From sequence record SRR31156797_1225: a stretch of 36,548 nt of DNA. One strand, written 5' to 3'. The notes beneath the pieces were generated by a model, which was not told the DNA's origin, searched no databases, and saw only the letters and a program-made list of their open reading frames with translations. The number at the start of each line of letters is the position of its first letter. Positions within the stretch are counted from its first letter, which is position 1. Below are positions 25,085-35,913 of the stretch, in pieces. Made by a program: the position numbers and the translations under genes.

Positions 25085-26268
25085 TAGCCCCTGAAGACAA
25101 GGCCCTTTTCGAGAACATGCTGCGCGAGGCTGACGTGCCTGTTGATGAAGCAGACATGGAAGCGCGGTGGCGGAAAATCAACGAAGACGAGGGCAGCCTC
25201 ATCACCAACGATTCAAAATGGAGTCCGTTCTGGCGACTCATCACGGCCATTGTCACGATTCCGTGTAAGCTGCTCGTGTCCCTGCTGGTCAATACGGCCC
25301 TGCCCAACCTGTTCCTCAAGTACGCCACCGGGATGTGGCTTGACGTGTATGCCTGGGGTGTGGACCTCACACGCAAGGCCAGCACCAAGGCCGTGGGGCA
25401 TATCCCGTTTACCCGTGAAACCTCTGCCGGAGAACTCACGGTCATGGCCGGGACGGTTATCGAAAGCCCAAAGCTGGACGGCTATATCTACCGCGTCATC
25501 GTCACCCAGGACACCACCTGTCCGGACGGCACTCTGACCTTTGATGTGCCGGTCAAAGCCGAGAAGACCGGCTCCGCCTACAACCTCGGGCCGGGGTATT
25601 ATTCCATTCTTTCGGCTCCCATTCCCGGCATCGCCTCTGTTGCCAATAGTGCCGACTGGCTGACCATCCCCGGAGCTGACGAGGAAACAAACGAGGAACT
25701 GCGCCTGCGCGGTCGAAACCAATTCAGTGCCGTGGGTCAATATCACCATGACGCGGCCTACACGGCCCTCATCGCCGAGTATGCCGGTATCAGGACAGAC
25801 TATCTGTATTTCGAGCATGACGGGCCACGTGGTCCCGGCACTGCCAATTGCTTCATCATCATCGACACAGGCGCGCCGCCGCAGGAGTTCGTGGACAACA
25901 TCAACGCCTACGTGCGCGACTCCGGCAACCACGGCCACGGCGATGACATGATCTGCTACCCCATGCCGGAGACACCCTACGACCTTGGCGTGACCGTGTA
26001 CCCCGTGCCTCATCTGACGGAAGAACAGGAAACAACCCTGAAGCAGGACGTGGAAAACCGGATCCGCTGCGCCTTCCGTGAAAACACCGATTTCGACATG
26101 ACCAAAACATGTCCGCACAACCGTTTTTCCTTGTCCCAACTCGACAAGGACCTGCATGCCGAGCTGTCGAATCTCCTGTCTGTTGAATTCGACCGAACCG
26201 GGGACATTGTCTCAACCATGGACCTGCCGGTCCTTGGCACCCTGACCGTGGACAAAGGGGACGCGTAA
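25081..26268 (+). CDS. J: Baseplate J/gp47 family wedge protein
   Basis: NDSKWSPFWRLI, PGADEE..EELRLR, PRGPGTAN. Confidence 0.9.
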   Translation: MIAPEDKALFENMLREADVPVDEADMEARWRKINEDEGSLITNDSKWSPFWRLITAIVTIPCKLLVSLLVNTALPNLFLKYATGMWLDVYAWGVDLTRKASTKAVGHIPFTRETSAGELTVMAGTVIESPKLDGYIYRVIVTQDTTCPDGTLTFDVPVKAEKTGSAYNLGPGYYSILSAPIPGIASVANSADWLTIPGADEETNEELRLRGRNQFSAVGQYHHDAAYTALIAEYAGIRTDYLYFEHDGPRGPGTANCFIIIDTGAPPQEFVDNINAYVRDSGNHGHGDDMICYPMPETPYDLGVTVYPVPHLTEEQETTLKQDVENRIRCAFRENTDFDMTKTCPHNRFSLSQLDKDLHAELSNLLSVEFDRTGDIVSTMDLPVLGTLTVDKGDA

Positions 26269-26879
26269 TGTCTGAAGAACCCGTCACCCCCGAAGTCTCC
26301 CTGCCTTTCTGGATGAGTGGGCCGGAACTGGCGAAGCTCGCCAGGGCCGCGCAACAATGGTTTTCCCTGCTCATGGGCTGGGCCATCTGGCCTGTCCGAC
26401 AAATGGACCCCGACACCTGTACCGAAACGGTCCTGAACCTCATCGCATGGCAACGGGATATCCGCCGCTTTGAGGGAGAACCGCTGGCCCTGTATCGCAA
26501 GCGCGTGAAGTACGCCTACGCCAACGCACGGGACGCCGGTTCCGTGGCCGGGTTCAAGCGCATCTTTCAACGCCTCGGCGTGGGGTACGTCGAGATTGAA
26601 GAGCGTATGGCCGGGCGAGAGTGGGACGTAATCTCCCTGTCTTTGTCCGACTCTCAACTCGCCGAGAATCAGGACCTCCTGCAGGTGTTGATTCAACACT
26701 ATGGCCGGACCTGCAGACGATACGAATGGACCATTATCACCCCCCTGCCTCTCTCCATACGGATTGAGGAGTTCAACAACGATTTCCAGACTCTCTGCGC
26801 ATCCGTGCCGCCGTTGACCATCGGGCCGCGCTTTGAAGAATTCAACAATGACTCGGCGGTTGTATCCGCCAAGCTGTAA
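26268..26879 (+). CDS. I: Tail/baseplate protein I family
   Basis: LPFWM, LIAWQRDI.RF.GEPL.LYRKRVKYA..NARDAGS, YGRTCRRY. Confidence 0.85.
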   Translation: MSEEPVTPEVSLPFWMSGPELAKLARAAQQWFSLLMGWAIWPVRQMDPDTCTETVLNLIAWQRDIRRFEGEPLALYRKRVKYAYANARDAGSVAGFKRIFQRLGVGYVEIEERMAGREWDVISLSLSDSQLAENQDLLQVLIQHYGRTCRRYEWTIITPLPLSIRIEEFNNDFQTLCASVPPLTIGPRFEEFNNDSAVVSAKL

Positions 26880-26888
26880 GGAGCCACT

Positions 26889-28382
26889 ATGAGCAGTGCC
26901 ATTACCAACGCAGGCGAAGCCCTTATCGCCCTGCACCAGAACCGGGAAACCGGGCTGGTTATCGACAAGTTCATCCTCGCCAACATCCCCGGCGTGGATC
27001 CGGCTGCAGCCGTAGACCGGGCCGAGGGCAAACCCGCAGCCGAAAACATCGTGTATGAATACGCCATCCCGGAGGAAGGCAAAGGATACATCAACCCGAA
27101 TCAGGTTGTGTATTCCATGTTGCTCGGCTCCGACATCGGCGATTTCGAGTTCAACTGGCTGGGGCTTTACAGCTCTGCCGACGACACCGTTGTGGCAATC
27201 ACCTACTGCCCCACTCTTTCCAAGTGGAAGACGGCCCACCCGACCATGGGCAACGCCCTGACCCGCAATTTCATGCTGGAATATTCCGGCCTGCAGGCCA
27301 CCACACAGATCACGGTGGAGGCGTCCACCTGGCAGATCGATTTCACGACCAGACAGAAAGGCATCGATGAGCGCGAACGACTCTCCAACCGCGACATATA
27401 TGGCGGGGCTTGTTTCTTCGGTGACGGGTATCTGATCATTAACGAGGAAGGCACCTTCACGCTGCAGCCCGGTACCGGCTACGTGGAAGGAATCCGTATT
27501 GACCAGGTCGCCGAGCAAATCCTTGCCCCGGTCCTGCCTGCCGAAGCCTTTCTGGACGTTGCCCTGCAGCCCCAAGGCTCTGACAGGCTTGCCATTGCCC
27601 AGATCGTTTACGCCGATCCGGGAGACTACACGGACGGAACCAACGACACCCACTACGGCCAGAAGATAGCCGAGATCGATGCCGGAGGCGTGGTGACGGA
27701 TTGCAGGCCCAAAACTCTGGGCGGCGAGTTGGGAGGCGTTGTGGCCGCGAAAGACCATTCTCACAGACAAGCCTTTCTTTCCCGTCAAAAGCTTCTATTT
27801 ACAGACACAATACTGGTCCAGGACAACGCTCTTTTAGTTGTCCTCAATCTTCAAGCTCCAGGCGGTGGAGGAGTAAGGGACGGCATAACGGCCCCCACTC
27901 ACAGTGGAGCCGGAGGTGGAGGTGGAGGATATGGAGAATGGTTTTTGAACGTTACGCCGGGAGAAATTCTGACCATTACCATCGGAGCAGCCGGTGTAGC
28001 TGGAAACCGTGCCTCGGCGGGGGATGGAGACGATGTCAAAGTGGAATCCAACACACGGGGCCTACTCGCACATGTCTATGGGGGGCATGGCGCAAAGATC
28101 GTTGATAATCTTGCATTAAGAGGACTTGGAGGGACGGTGGAAGACCTTGAAGGACTTGTCACAGCGCGCCCAGGAGGGCCGGGGGCAACACGGCTCACGG
28201 GAATGCAAGGTGAAGACGACTTCATCTTATTCCAAGGGGGAGATTCCTTTTTCGGAAGCCCTCTTCGCCATCCCGGAGGGCCTGGGACTGGTGGGCGTGG
28301 GGTTAAATCAGATTCCCAGCTAGCCTATGATGGTGGAGCCGGACAATGCGAAGTGATTTTTTTCGGAGGTGAAAACGCATGA
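26889..28382 (+). CDS. Tail fibre protein (tail-collar N-terminus, Gly-rich C-terminus)
   Basis: SAITNAG, VVYS..LG..IGDF.FNW.GL, TWQIDF; GGGGG-rich distal domain. Confidence 0.85.
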   Translation: MSSAITNAGEALIALHQNRETGLVIDKFILANIPGVDPAAAVDRAEGKPAAENIVYEYAIPEEGKGYINPNQVVYSMLLGSDIGDFEFNWLGLYSSADDTVVAITYCPTLSKWKTAHPTMGNALTRNFMLEYSGLQATTQITVEASTWQIDFTTRQKGIDERERLSNRDIYGGACFFGDGYLIINEEGTFTLQPGTGYVEGIRIDQVAEQILAPVLPAEAFLDVALQPQGSDRLAIAQIVYADPGDYTDGTNDTHYGQKIAEIDAGGVVTDCRPKTLGGELGGVVAAKDHSHRQAFLSRQKLLFTDTILVQDNALLVVLNLQAPGGGGVRDGITAPTHSGAGGGGGGYGEWFLNVTPGEILTITIGAAGVAGNRASAGDGDDVKVESNTRGLLAHVYGGHGAKIVDNLALRGLGGTVEDLEGLVTARPGGPGATRLTGMQGEDDFILFQGGDSFFGSPLRHPGGPGTGGRGVKSDSQLAYDGGAGQCEVIFFGGENA

Positions 28383-28717
28383 AAATTGCCCTGATTGAAA
28401 ACAATGTGGTCATGAAAATTATCATGGTTAAAGACGAGTCTGCAGCCAACACCTTTTATGGAGACTCATGGATCGAAGCAAATGCTTTCACCTGTAAAGG
28501 GGATAAACTGGTCAATGGACTTTTGCCTGAACCGGCCCCTGTCATTGAACCCCCGTCGTACCTTTCCCTGCGTCAAAACGCCATTATGCAGAAATGGCCG
28601 GTACATGCCCAATTTGAAGCACACTGCGAGGCCGCAGAAGAACCACCGCGCCGGGAAAAACTCGACGCTCTGCTCGCCGACATTCAGGCCATAAAAAATG
28701 AATTCCCTGCGGAATAA
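28379..28717 (+). CDS. Hypothetical protein, possible tail fibre assembly chaperone
   Basis: ATGA-coupled to the fibre gene; MKIALIENNVV N-terminus; IK.EFP C-terminus. Confidence 0.6.
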   Translation: MKIALIENNVVMKIIMVKDESAANTFYGDSWIEANAFTCKGDKLVNGLLPEPAPVIEPPSYLSLRQNAIMQKWPVHAQFEAHCEAAEEPPRREKLDALLADIQAIKNEFPAE

Positions 28718-28720
28718 GCC

Positions 28721-29626
28721 ATGAGCTGGTCAAGCATACACTTCACCCTTCCCCCGTCCCTGAAGGCCGTCCATAACGACCTTCAGGACTGCCGGGACGG
28801 TGGGCCCGTTGAATTGACCGCCGGGAAAAGCCGACTGGCAAGCGTGGCCGGTGCGGTCACGCTGCGCACCAACCCCGTCATGGGGACGGTGGGCAATGTG
28901 GCGGACCTGCGCCACGCCATGGCCGGGCTGCTCGATGCCGGAGGCCTGTTCACTTGCGTCCATCCTTACATCCACCCGCTGGGCGACCGGCGCGGGGAGT
29001 ATGCATATCTGACACCGCAACAGGCTGCGGACGGGCTGGCCGTGAAGATCGCCGACCCCATGGACCTGCCGGAAAAAGACACGCTGCAGGGGGTTTTCCT
29101 CCTGTTGCGTGGCGTCGAACACGCCGACTTTGCCGACACCCTGCAGGCGTTCAACGCTGTTTTCCCGGTGACGGAATTGGAGCTTGCCCAACGGCGAGCC
29201 GGTCAACTGGCGACCTTGGAACAGGACAAGATGATCCAGACCACCGGGCCGGTACATCCGGCATGGCGTGGGCAGAATCCACGCCGACATGAACGCGCCA
29301 ACGACATGGGCATGGCTCTGGGCCCACAAATTGCCCTAGGCGAAGGATACGCCATCGAGGCCGAGCGACCGGAAGACGAGCTGGCCGCGCTCATCGACAA
29401 AAAACAGGCCCATATCGAGCAACTGGAAACAAAGTGGACCGCGTTGCAGGACGTGATTCAGGGCGGCGCAGGCAAGGGGCTTGTCCTGAACGGCAACAGC
29501 GGCAGCATTCACCGGCAACTGGCCGAGCTTCGACCGCCGGTCGAGGGCTACAAGCTGGCCGCCATGTGCGCGTGGATCGGGACGGCTGAACACATGACCT
29601 TTTTCCGGGAGCTGTTAGGCTTATGA
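28721..29626 (+). CDS. Conserved hypothetical tail-region protein
   Basis: Synteny with HP1/K139-type late genes; phage-like codon usage. Confidence 0.7.
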   Translation: MSWSSIHFTLPPSLKAVHNDLQDCRDGGPVELTAGKSRLASVAGAVTLRTNPVMGTVGNVADLRHAMAGLLDAGGLFTCVHPYIHPLGDRRGEYAYLTPQQAADGLAVKIADPMDLPEKDTLQGVFLLLRGVEHADFADTLQAFNAVFPVTELELAQRRAGQLATLEQDKMIQTTGPVHPAWRGQNPRRHERANDMGMALGPQIALGEGYAIEAERPEDELAALIDKKQAHIEQLETKWTALQDVIQGGAGKGLVLNGNSGSIHRQLAELRPPVEGYKLAAMCAWIGTAEHMTFFRELLGL

Positions 29627-30162
29627 GCTTTCTTCGACTGGATCAATATGACGTACCAGGCAAGAGCCTGAAGATAGGTGGGGGCATGGATATCCGTGCC
29701 TCGGACGCTTCGGGCGAAACGAGCAGTACCGACGAAGTGGACAAGGGAACCAAGGCCAAAAAGCTGCCGGTGTCTCTGGTCATTCCATTTTCCGATGAGG
29801 CGGACCTGAAACGACTCATCCGCGTGGCCGAGGCCAAGGAGAACGGGACGCGCAAGGTCTACACCATCACCAACCAGACCGCCAACGTGGCAGGCATCCG
29901 GCAGGTCCGTTTCGCCGAGGGATTCAATTGGCAGGAAAAAGACGGACTGCTCGCGTGGGACGTGTCCTTCACCCTGAAGGAATACCTGTCCAACCCTGAA
30001 CGGGTGGAACAGCGAGAGAAAAAAGCCGCGCCCGTGGTGCAGGTCAGTCTGGGCAAAAAAACAGTGGAAGCAACCCTGCCGATCGGCACCGCCAAGGTCG
30101 TGGTCGAACCCGTGACCGGCTTGGAAAAAGTCCTCAAATTCATAGATGATTTTCTGGCATGA
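29623..30162 (+). CDS. Baseplate/tail-tube initiator-like protein
   Basis: SGE.SST....KG.K.K.L.V, AWDVSFTL.EY.S.PE; ATGA-coupled. Confidence 0.7.
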   Translation: MSFLRLDQYDVPGKSLKIGGGMDIRASDASGETSSTDEVDKGTKAKKLPVSLVIPFSDEADLKRLIRVAEAKENGTRKVYTITNQTANVAGIRQVRFAEGFNWQEKDGLLAWDVSFTLKEYLSNPERVEQREKKAAPVVQVSLGKKTVEATLPIGTAKVVVEPVTGLEKVLKFIDDFLA

Positions 30163-30857
30163 AACTCCGCAAAACTCTTTATATCAATGACACGCCGGTC
30201 AAGTTGGTGGAGGAGGATATCCTTCTCTCCCTGTATTCACCTGGGCGCGCCATGTTTCAGGTGCAAAGCCCTGAACCCCTGACCGGCATTGTGCGGCTTG
30301 AGGTCGGTTATTCCACGCAGGACCGGGATCAGGTGTATTTTATCGGCGTGATCCGGGCCAGCGAGATCGTGGACGGCCAACAGCAACGCCTGCGCTGCCG
30401 GGAACTGACTTCGGCACTATACGCGCCCCTTCCGGCGGCACTTCGGCACCCTACTTTGCAGGAGGTCACGCAATGGTACACCGACCGCACCGGCCTGCGT
30501 TTCGTGGTGCCGGAAAAGCTCTATGCCGAGAAGCGCGTCCCGGCGTTCTATGCTCTGGGCAGCGGCTTCCATGGTGTGGATTCTCTGGGCGCAATTTTTG
30601 GGATTGAGAATTTCATCTGGCAACAACAGGGCGATGGTTCCGTGTTCGTCGGCTCATGGCAGGACTCGCGCTGGGCCACCCGGCCCGTTGATCTGGATGA
30701 AGGCATATTCAACAAGGTGACAGGCACCGGCGACAAGAAGTCCGCCGTGCTGCCCCAGCTCCGCCCCGGTATTCTGCTCAATGGCAGATACGTGGTGCGC
30801 GTCAAACTCAAGGGCCACGAAATGGTGACGAAATGCGAGAAGTCGTTAAAAAGATAA
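30159..30857 (+). CDS. Baseplate hub-like protein
   Basis: PGRA.F, LRHPTL, IWQQQGDG.VFVGSW.DSRW, P.LRPG; synteny. Confidence 0.7.
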   Translation: MKLRKTLYINDTPVKLVEEDILLSLYSPGRAMFQVQSPEPLTGIVRLEVGYSTQDRDQVYFIGVIRASEIVDGQQQRLRCRELTSALYAPLPAALRHPTLQEVTQWYTDRTGLRFVVPEKLYAEKRVPAFYALGSGFHGVDSLGAIFGIENFIWQQQGDGSVFVGSWQDSRWATRPVDLDEGIFNKVTGTGDKKSAVLPQLRPGILLNGRYVVRVKLKGHEMVTKCEKSLKR

Positions 30858-31960
30858 TCCTCAAGCTCTATCCTGAACTGGATGCAGGGCTGCACCTTCC
30901 CCGCTTTGCGCGGGTACTGGCCGTCAATGACGCGCCCAAGAATGGCGGCACGTCCGAGCGATTCCGACCACGCTACGCCGTGGACCTTGAAATCCTGACC
31001 CCGAACGGGGAGCGGGACGAATCTTTCCCGATATATGAGGCCGTGCAATTGCCCGTGCCTCTGGGCTGCGGACAGGAGGCCGGGCTGTTCGGCTTCCCGG
31101 AGCCGGGCGTCATCGTCGAGATAGGCTTCGCCTATGGCCGGGCCGATCATCCTATCGTGCGCCAGATATATCCGCAGGGCATGAGCCTGCCCACCGTGGA
31201 CATGGGCCAGCAGCGTTGGCAACAATCGAAGGCGGTGTTTCAGGACGTGGACAAGGCCGGAAATTGGACGCGCAAAACAGACATGGCCATAACCGACACA
31301 TCACTGCGCCGGAACATCGAGGCCGTGGAAAATGAAGAGGAATATTCACGCGACCACCGGACCATCCGAGAGAACAGTGTGGAGGAGATCGGCGGGTTCA
31401 AGATTCTGGAAGCACTCGGCGCGCTGCGTCTCCGTTCCGGCGGCTCGGCACACCTGACCGCCGTGGACAACATCAACCTGACCACGGCGCGAGATCTGAA
31501 TTCCATCGCGGCCCAGGACCGCAACCAGATCACAGGCCGGGATATCAAGGCCGAAGTGAAACGGCACCTTGAGGAGCTGGTGCGCGGCAACCTGACCGAG
31601 ACGACTCACGGCAGCCGGACCGAGGACGTGGGCGGGGATAGAACAGAATCAACCGGCGGCAACCACACCGCTGACGTGGGCGGCGACTCCACCGAGAACG
31701 TGGCAAAAACCAAGACCACAGCGGCCACATTCATCAACATGGAAGCCACCACCTTCCGCATCGGTCAAAGCACCCAGGGCGGCATAAGCCTCCTCCCGCT
31801 GCTCACCAGTTTCATGGAAGAAGTCCGGTGCGCCCTTCAGGACTGCGCCGACCACGTTCACCCCGCCATTGGCGCAGTCAGCGACCAACAAGGCGAGCTG
31901 GCCGAACATTCCGGGAAGGTTGCGGGGCTGAAGGGGAAGGTTGGGGTGTTGAGTGGGTAG
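30833..31960 (+). CDS. Baseplate central spike (gpV/gp5-like)
   Basis: N-terminal OB-like region, T..VGGD beta-helix repeats, C-terminal HVH metal-binding motif. Confidence 0.75.
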   Translation: MREVVKKIILKLYPELDAGLHLPRFARVLAVNDAPKNGGTSERFRPRYAVDLEILTPNGERDESFPIYEAVQLPVPLGCGQEAGLFGFPEPGVIVEIGFAYGRADHPIVRQIYPQGMSLPTVDMGQQRWQQSKAVFQDVDKAGNWTRKTDMAITDTSLRRNIEAVENEEEYSRDHRTIRENSVEEIGGFKILEALGALRLRSGGSAHLTAVDNINLTTARDLNSIAAQDRNQITGRDIKAEVKRHLEELVRGNLTETTHGSRTEDVGGDRTESTGGNHTADVGGDSTENVAKTKTTAATFINMEATTFRIGQSTQGGISLLPLLTSFMEEVRCALQDCADHVHPAIGAVSDQQGELAEHSGKVAGLKGKVGVLSG

Positions 31961-31997
31961 AGGGTGGTGAAACCCTATTTATCCCAAACCAACCAAT

Positions 31998-32030
31998 AAA
32001 AAACTGCTGCTAATCCACAGCAGTTTTTTT
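31998..32030. terminator. Terminator closing the late operon
   Basis: aaaaaactgctg-N8-cagcagttttttt. Confidence 0.8.
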
Positions 32031-32271
32031 GCATCAGCCGTCAAATTACGTCTTAAAGGTTCTCTTGCACATGTCAAATTGTTTAAATCCATACTGTATC
32101 TGGGCAAATAACAAGTTTTTCTAAATATCCAGAATAGGTATATTCTAGAGGGACTTGAACCTTTGACCCAAAGACACTACGTAGATAAAGTTCCACATAA
32201 TAAGATAAAATAATTCTGTAATTATTGAATAAAAATAGTGATTGGAAAATTAAATTGACTCAATCTCAAAA

Positions 32272-33393
32272 ATGTTCCACCTTCTCAGAATGAAAACAAC
32301 AGATTCACTACTTCTTGATATAGCCGCTATGGCGGCCGGTCGGCCAGACAAGGAAATCCTGATGCTCCTTCGTCGAAAAATGTCAAAACTCAATGAAGAA
32401 AATACAGATCTCTCAATGCGTTTAGCTCATGCAATTTCTTCGGCAGGCGGACTAGGGGCCACTCGAAGCTTTAATGCGCTAGGACAAATCCCGAAAGATG
32501 ACGACTCCGGGATGGAACTCCTCAGTCGTGAAGAGCAGCTTCAACTCGAAGCACCGCCGATATTAAACCACGCCACAGAAAAGCAAGTATTCAGATTCAT
32601 CACGGAAAGAGAACGGGTTCATGACCTTAGACGCGCAGGCATTTCACCACCATCAAGCCTTGCACTCATGGGTAAACCCGGAACAGGAAAGACCTCGTTA
32701 GCAAGATGGATGTCCGCAAAGCTAGGTCTGCCCTTTCTTTCTGTAAACATAGCTGGAGTTGTTACAAGCTACTTAGGGCAGACTGGTCAAAACCTCAAAA
32801 AAGCACTCGACAGAGCAAAGCTAGAACCATGCCTTCTTCTTCTCGATGAATTTGATGCCCTTGGATACCACAGAGGCGACGACTCTGACGTTGGTGAAAT
32901 GCGACGAGTTGTGACAGTCCTGCTGCAAGAAATTGAGAACTGGCCAGAACACTCAATCATAGTTGCGGCTACGAATATGCCTGAACAGGTTGATCCCGCT
33001 TTTCGACGACGCTTCTCCCGCTGGATAGAGATACCTTTACCAGACTTAGATATTCGATTACATATATTAAAACATTATTACGGTAATAAAAAGGGTTCCC
33101 CCAACTATTTAGAACTTGCGGCGGCAACACTCACTGGAACAAGTGGAGCCGACCTAAAAGAGTTTGTCAGAAGAATCAGAACAGCTGAAATAGTTGAAAA
33201 CTTAACTCCAAGACAAGCAATTTGGAGCGAGTTAAAACCCGAAATTATTGATCGAGACTATACTGAAAAAGAGCGTGAATTATTTGCTCAAACAGCACGC
33301 CGTATAGATGAAAAAAAGTTTAGCTACAGAAAAATTGGAAAGATACTAAATATATCACACACAACAGCAAGACGACTAACATTCCAACACTAA
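32272..33393 (+). CDS. ietA: AAA+ ATPase, IetA-like, with C-terminal HTH (start may be 32290)
   Basis: Walker A GKPGTGKT, SYLGQT, Walker B LLLLDEFDA, AATN, DPAFRRRF; adjacent to an S8 protease gene. Confidence 0.85.
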   Translation: MFHLLRMKTTDSLLLDIAAMAAGRPDKEILMLLRRKMSKLNEENTDLSMRLAHAISSAGGLGATRSFNALGQIPKDDDSGMELLSREEQLQLEAPPILNHATEKQVFRFITERERVHDLRRAGISPPSSLALMGKPGTGKTSLARWMSAKLGLPFLSVNIAGVVTSYLGQTGQNLKKALDRAKLEPCLLLLDEFDALGYHRGDDSDVGEMRRVVTVLLQEIENWPEHSIIVAATNMPEQVDPAFRRRFSRWIEIPLPDLDIRLHILKHYYGNKKGSPNYLELAAATLTGTSGADLKEFVRRIRTAEIVENLTPRQAIWSELKPEIIDRDYTEKERELFAQTARRIDEKKFSYRKIGKILNISHTTARRLTFQH

Positions 33394-33409
33394 TCAATCG
33401 AGGTAAATA

Positions 33410-35746
33410 GTGTCTCCTGAACGTCACCCCATTCTAGGCCATGCAGAGGAAAGTCTTAGCAAGGAAGCTCCTTATGGAGGTTCATACGGAGGACCAAAAG
33501 AACACTGGACCATAGAAGAAGCCTGTCAAAGGCTTCTTCCGCAGATTGATGAGACAATCACAAAAAATAATGAAATATCTGAAAACAACAGACTGCGCTC
33601 AGGTATTTTTTTTGCCGTTGATTTGGACTGCTCGTATATTGCAAAAAGCTACTACCCTAAAGCTTTTTTTGAAGGAGCAGGATGGGAATTAGCAGGCTCA
33701 ATAAAAATCAAACAAGAAAAGCGTGATGGAATCGATTTTGAGACTCCCAAACAAGCAAGAAGATTATTTTTCAAATCCACAACAGAAAACTTAGTCGCAA
33801 CAAGAAGTAGGTTGAAAAAGGCTGTATTTCCAAACAAAGGACAATCTATTGGGCCTCTTCGTATTAACCGAATTAGAATGGTAGACACCGCCAGCAAATT
33901 GCTGAACCTCTCAGCTCCGAAAGGTAATCTACTCGAAGTAATCGTCCACCCCCTTGCTGAACACGACTGGCAAGAATTTTTAGACAAATTGTATCAGATT
34001 GTTGCACACAAGGCATACCCAACAGCACTTTTTAATTGGGTCATGGGTGGCCAAGTCAACATGCCTCGTTTTCTGCCTGTGCAGGCAGGCGAAGAACTAT
34101 ACCATGCACTAGCGAACCTGAACCCCATCCGTGCTATACGCCCAATGCCTGGAGTCTCCTACCCACGGTTAGCGAAGGGAAAACAATCAGTCGCCGCCCC
34201 ACCACCAACTCCTGACCCACTTCGTTCAGATATTTTGCCGTCTGTTGGAGTTTTCGATGGAGGCGTAGACACATCTATTCCTCACTTGGGTCAATGGGTT
34301 ATCCCCACAGATCTTACAACAGCCCCACCAAACAAAGACATGCTCCAACATGGAACAGCCGTTTGCGGGACAGTGCTTTATGGAATGCGTCCAGACCAAG
34401 AATGCAATGAGCCGCCGTTTTACGTGAAGTCGTTCCGCGTCTTACCACAACCTGAAAATCCAGCTTTTCCCGAACTGGGGTTATACCAACTGATCAAGCT
34501 CATCGAGGAGGCAGTAAAGGATCCTGCCAATTCTGATATCAAGACATACGTTCTAAGCTTTGGACCTAACAAACCCATTGAAGATGACGAAGTCGACCTT
34601 TTCACTGCAACTTTAGACAGATTGGCATTCGAGCATGACGTCCTCTTTGTTGTTGCAGTTGGAAATACCGGACATCTCGCTGATCCATACAACAGAATCC
34701 AACCCCCAGCTGATATCGTTAATGGGTTGGGAGTTGGAGCATATGTAATTGATGGTGAAGGGCAACCCGCTCGAGCCTATTATAGCTGCTCTGGACCTGG
34801 TAGATCAGGAAATGCCGTCAAGCCAGATATCCACATGTTCGGTGGTGACCAAAGCCAACCTTTTTGCGTTTTTGAAGCAGGTGGAAACGGCACATGCACT
34901 AACACGATGGGGACTAGCTTTTCAGCCCCCCTGGCTACCGCAGTAAGCGGAAACCTTCTCTACAGAGTTAATGAACAGGACACTATCACTCCACAAACAG
35001 CAAAAGCACTAATGATTCATCGAGCTTTTCGTGATGGATGGGACCCACAGTTAGGATGGGGGCCACTGACATGTAGCATTGATGACTTGATGCTATGCAC
35101 TCAAAATAACGTAACCCTTCTTTACAATGGCAACCTCCCTCTTGGACGAAGAACGTTGCTTCAAGTTCCCTTTTTTCAAGACATCGCAGAAAAAGGACAG
35201 GTAAAAATATCTTGGACAATAGTATACGCCACAGACGTTTCCCCATCTATGCCTGATGAATATACGTTGGGGGGGACACAGGTTCGTTTCCGTCCTAATT
35301 GTGACGTTTTTACATACTCATACAAAAAAAACGAAAAGCTCGTATCTAAACGAATTAATAAAGGTAAAGACCCCAATGAATATAACCGACTCCTAAGAAA
35401 CCGTATGTTATCAGCTGACAAACTTCCTGCAACTGAAAGCCCTAATGCTAAAACGATGTACCTCACCGAAGAAGACAGAAGAGACATTGGTGTATGGGAT
35501 ACCACTAAACACTTCTGGACAAAGTGGAAATATTTCAAGTCAGTCAAAAACCCCATAATCGATATTCACGCCCAGGCTAGGTCCGATTGGTTCTATGAGA
35601 AGGCAAGGCCATCACACCTGACCTATGCATGTGTGGTAAGCATCGAAACCAAGAACAAAAAATTACGACTCTATGATATGATTCGGCAACGGGTACAAAA
35701 CCTTGTTGAAGTACGGCTTAGAAATCGGGCAAGAATTCGCGTATAA
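33410..35746 (+). CDS. ietS: S8 (subtilase) serine protease, IetS-like
   Basis: Triad motifs VGVFDGGV, HGTAVCG, GTSFSAP; oxyanion AVGN; KPD motif; no signal peptide; GAGGT SD. Confidence 0.88.
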   Translation: MSPERHPILGHAEESLSKEAPYGGSYGGPKEHWTIEEACQRLLPQIDETITKNNEISENNRLRSGIFFAVDLDCSYIAKSYYPKAFFEGAGWELAGSIKIKQEKRDGIDFETPKQARRLFFKSTTENLVATRSRLKKAVFPNKGQSIGPLRINRIRMVDTASKLLNLSAPKGNLLEVIVHPLAEHDWQEFLDKLYQIVAHKAYPTALFNWVMGGQVNMPRFLPVQAGEELYHALANLNPIRAIRPMPGVSYPRLAKGKQSVAAPPPTPDPLRSDILPSVGVFDGGVDTSIPHLGQWVIPTDLTTAPPNKDMLQHGTAVCGTVLYGMRPDQECNEPPFYVKSFRVLPQPENPAFPELGLYQLIKLIEEAVKDPANSDIKTYVLSFGPNKPIEDDEVDLFTATLDRLAFEHDVLFVVAVGNTGHLADPYNRIQPPADIVNGLGVGAYVIDGEGQPARAYYSCSGPGRSGNAVKPDIHMFGGDQSQPFCVFEAGGNGTCTNTMGTSFSAPLATAVSGNLLYRVNEQDTITPQTAKALMIHRAFRDGWDPQLGWGPLTCSIDDLMLCTQNNVTLLYNGNLPLGRRTLLQVPFFQDIAEKGQVKISWTIVYATDVSPSMPDEYTLGGTQVRFRPNCDVFTYSYKKNEKLVSKRINKGKDPNEYNRLLRNRMLSADKLPATESPNAKTMYLTEEDRRDIGVWDTTKHFWTKWKYFKSVKNPIIDIHAQARSDWFYEKARPSHLTYACVVSIETKNKKLRLYDMIRQRVQNLVEVRLRNRARIRV

Positions 35747-35913
35747 TGTTATGCTAGTCATTCCTAGATTCTGGACCACTGCTCCAAGTTGCGGCTACAA
35801 ATTCAAAGAGGATATCGAGGGAAGCAACACTATTAAAATGGTTCTTTAAAAGCTCATGAAAAACGGCTTCCAAAACCCTAAAAAAACATCTCCTCTCCCC
35901 ACTACAAATTATC

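Noticed and set aside
26010-27788. 592-aa minus-strand ORF
   Set aside because: Antisense shadow of J, I and the tail fibre gene; no SD or motif support
26889-28717. Diversity-generating retroelement or invertible tail fibre segment
   Set aside because: No reverse transcriptase, no serine invertase, and no TR/VR pair or inverted crossover sites found
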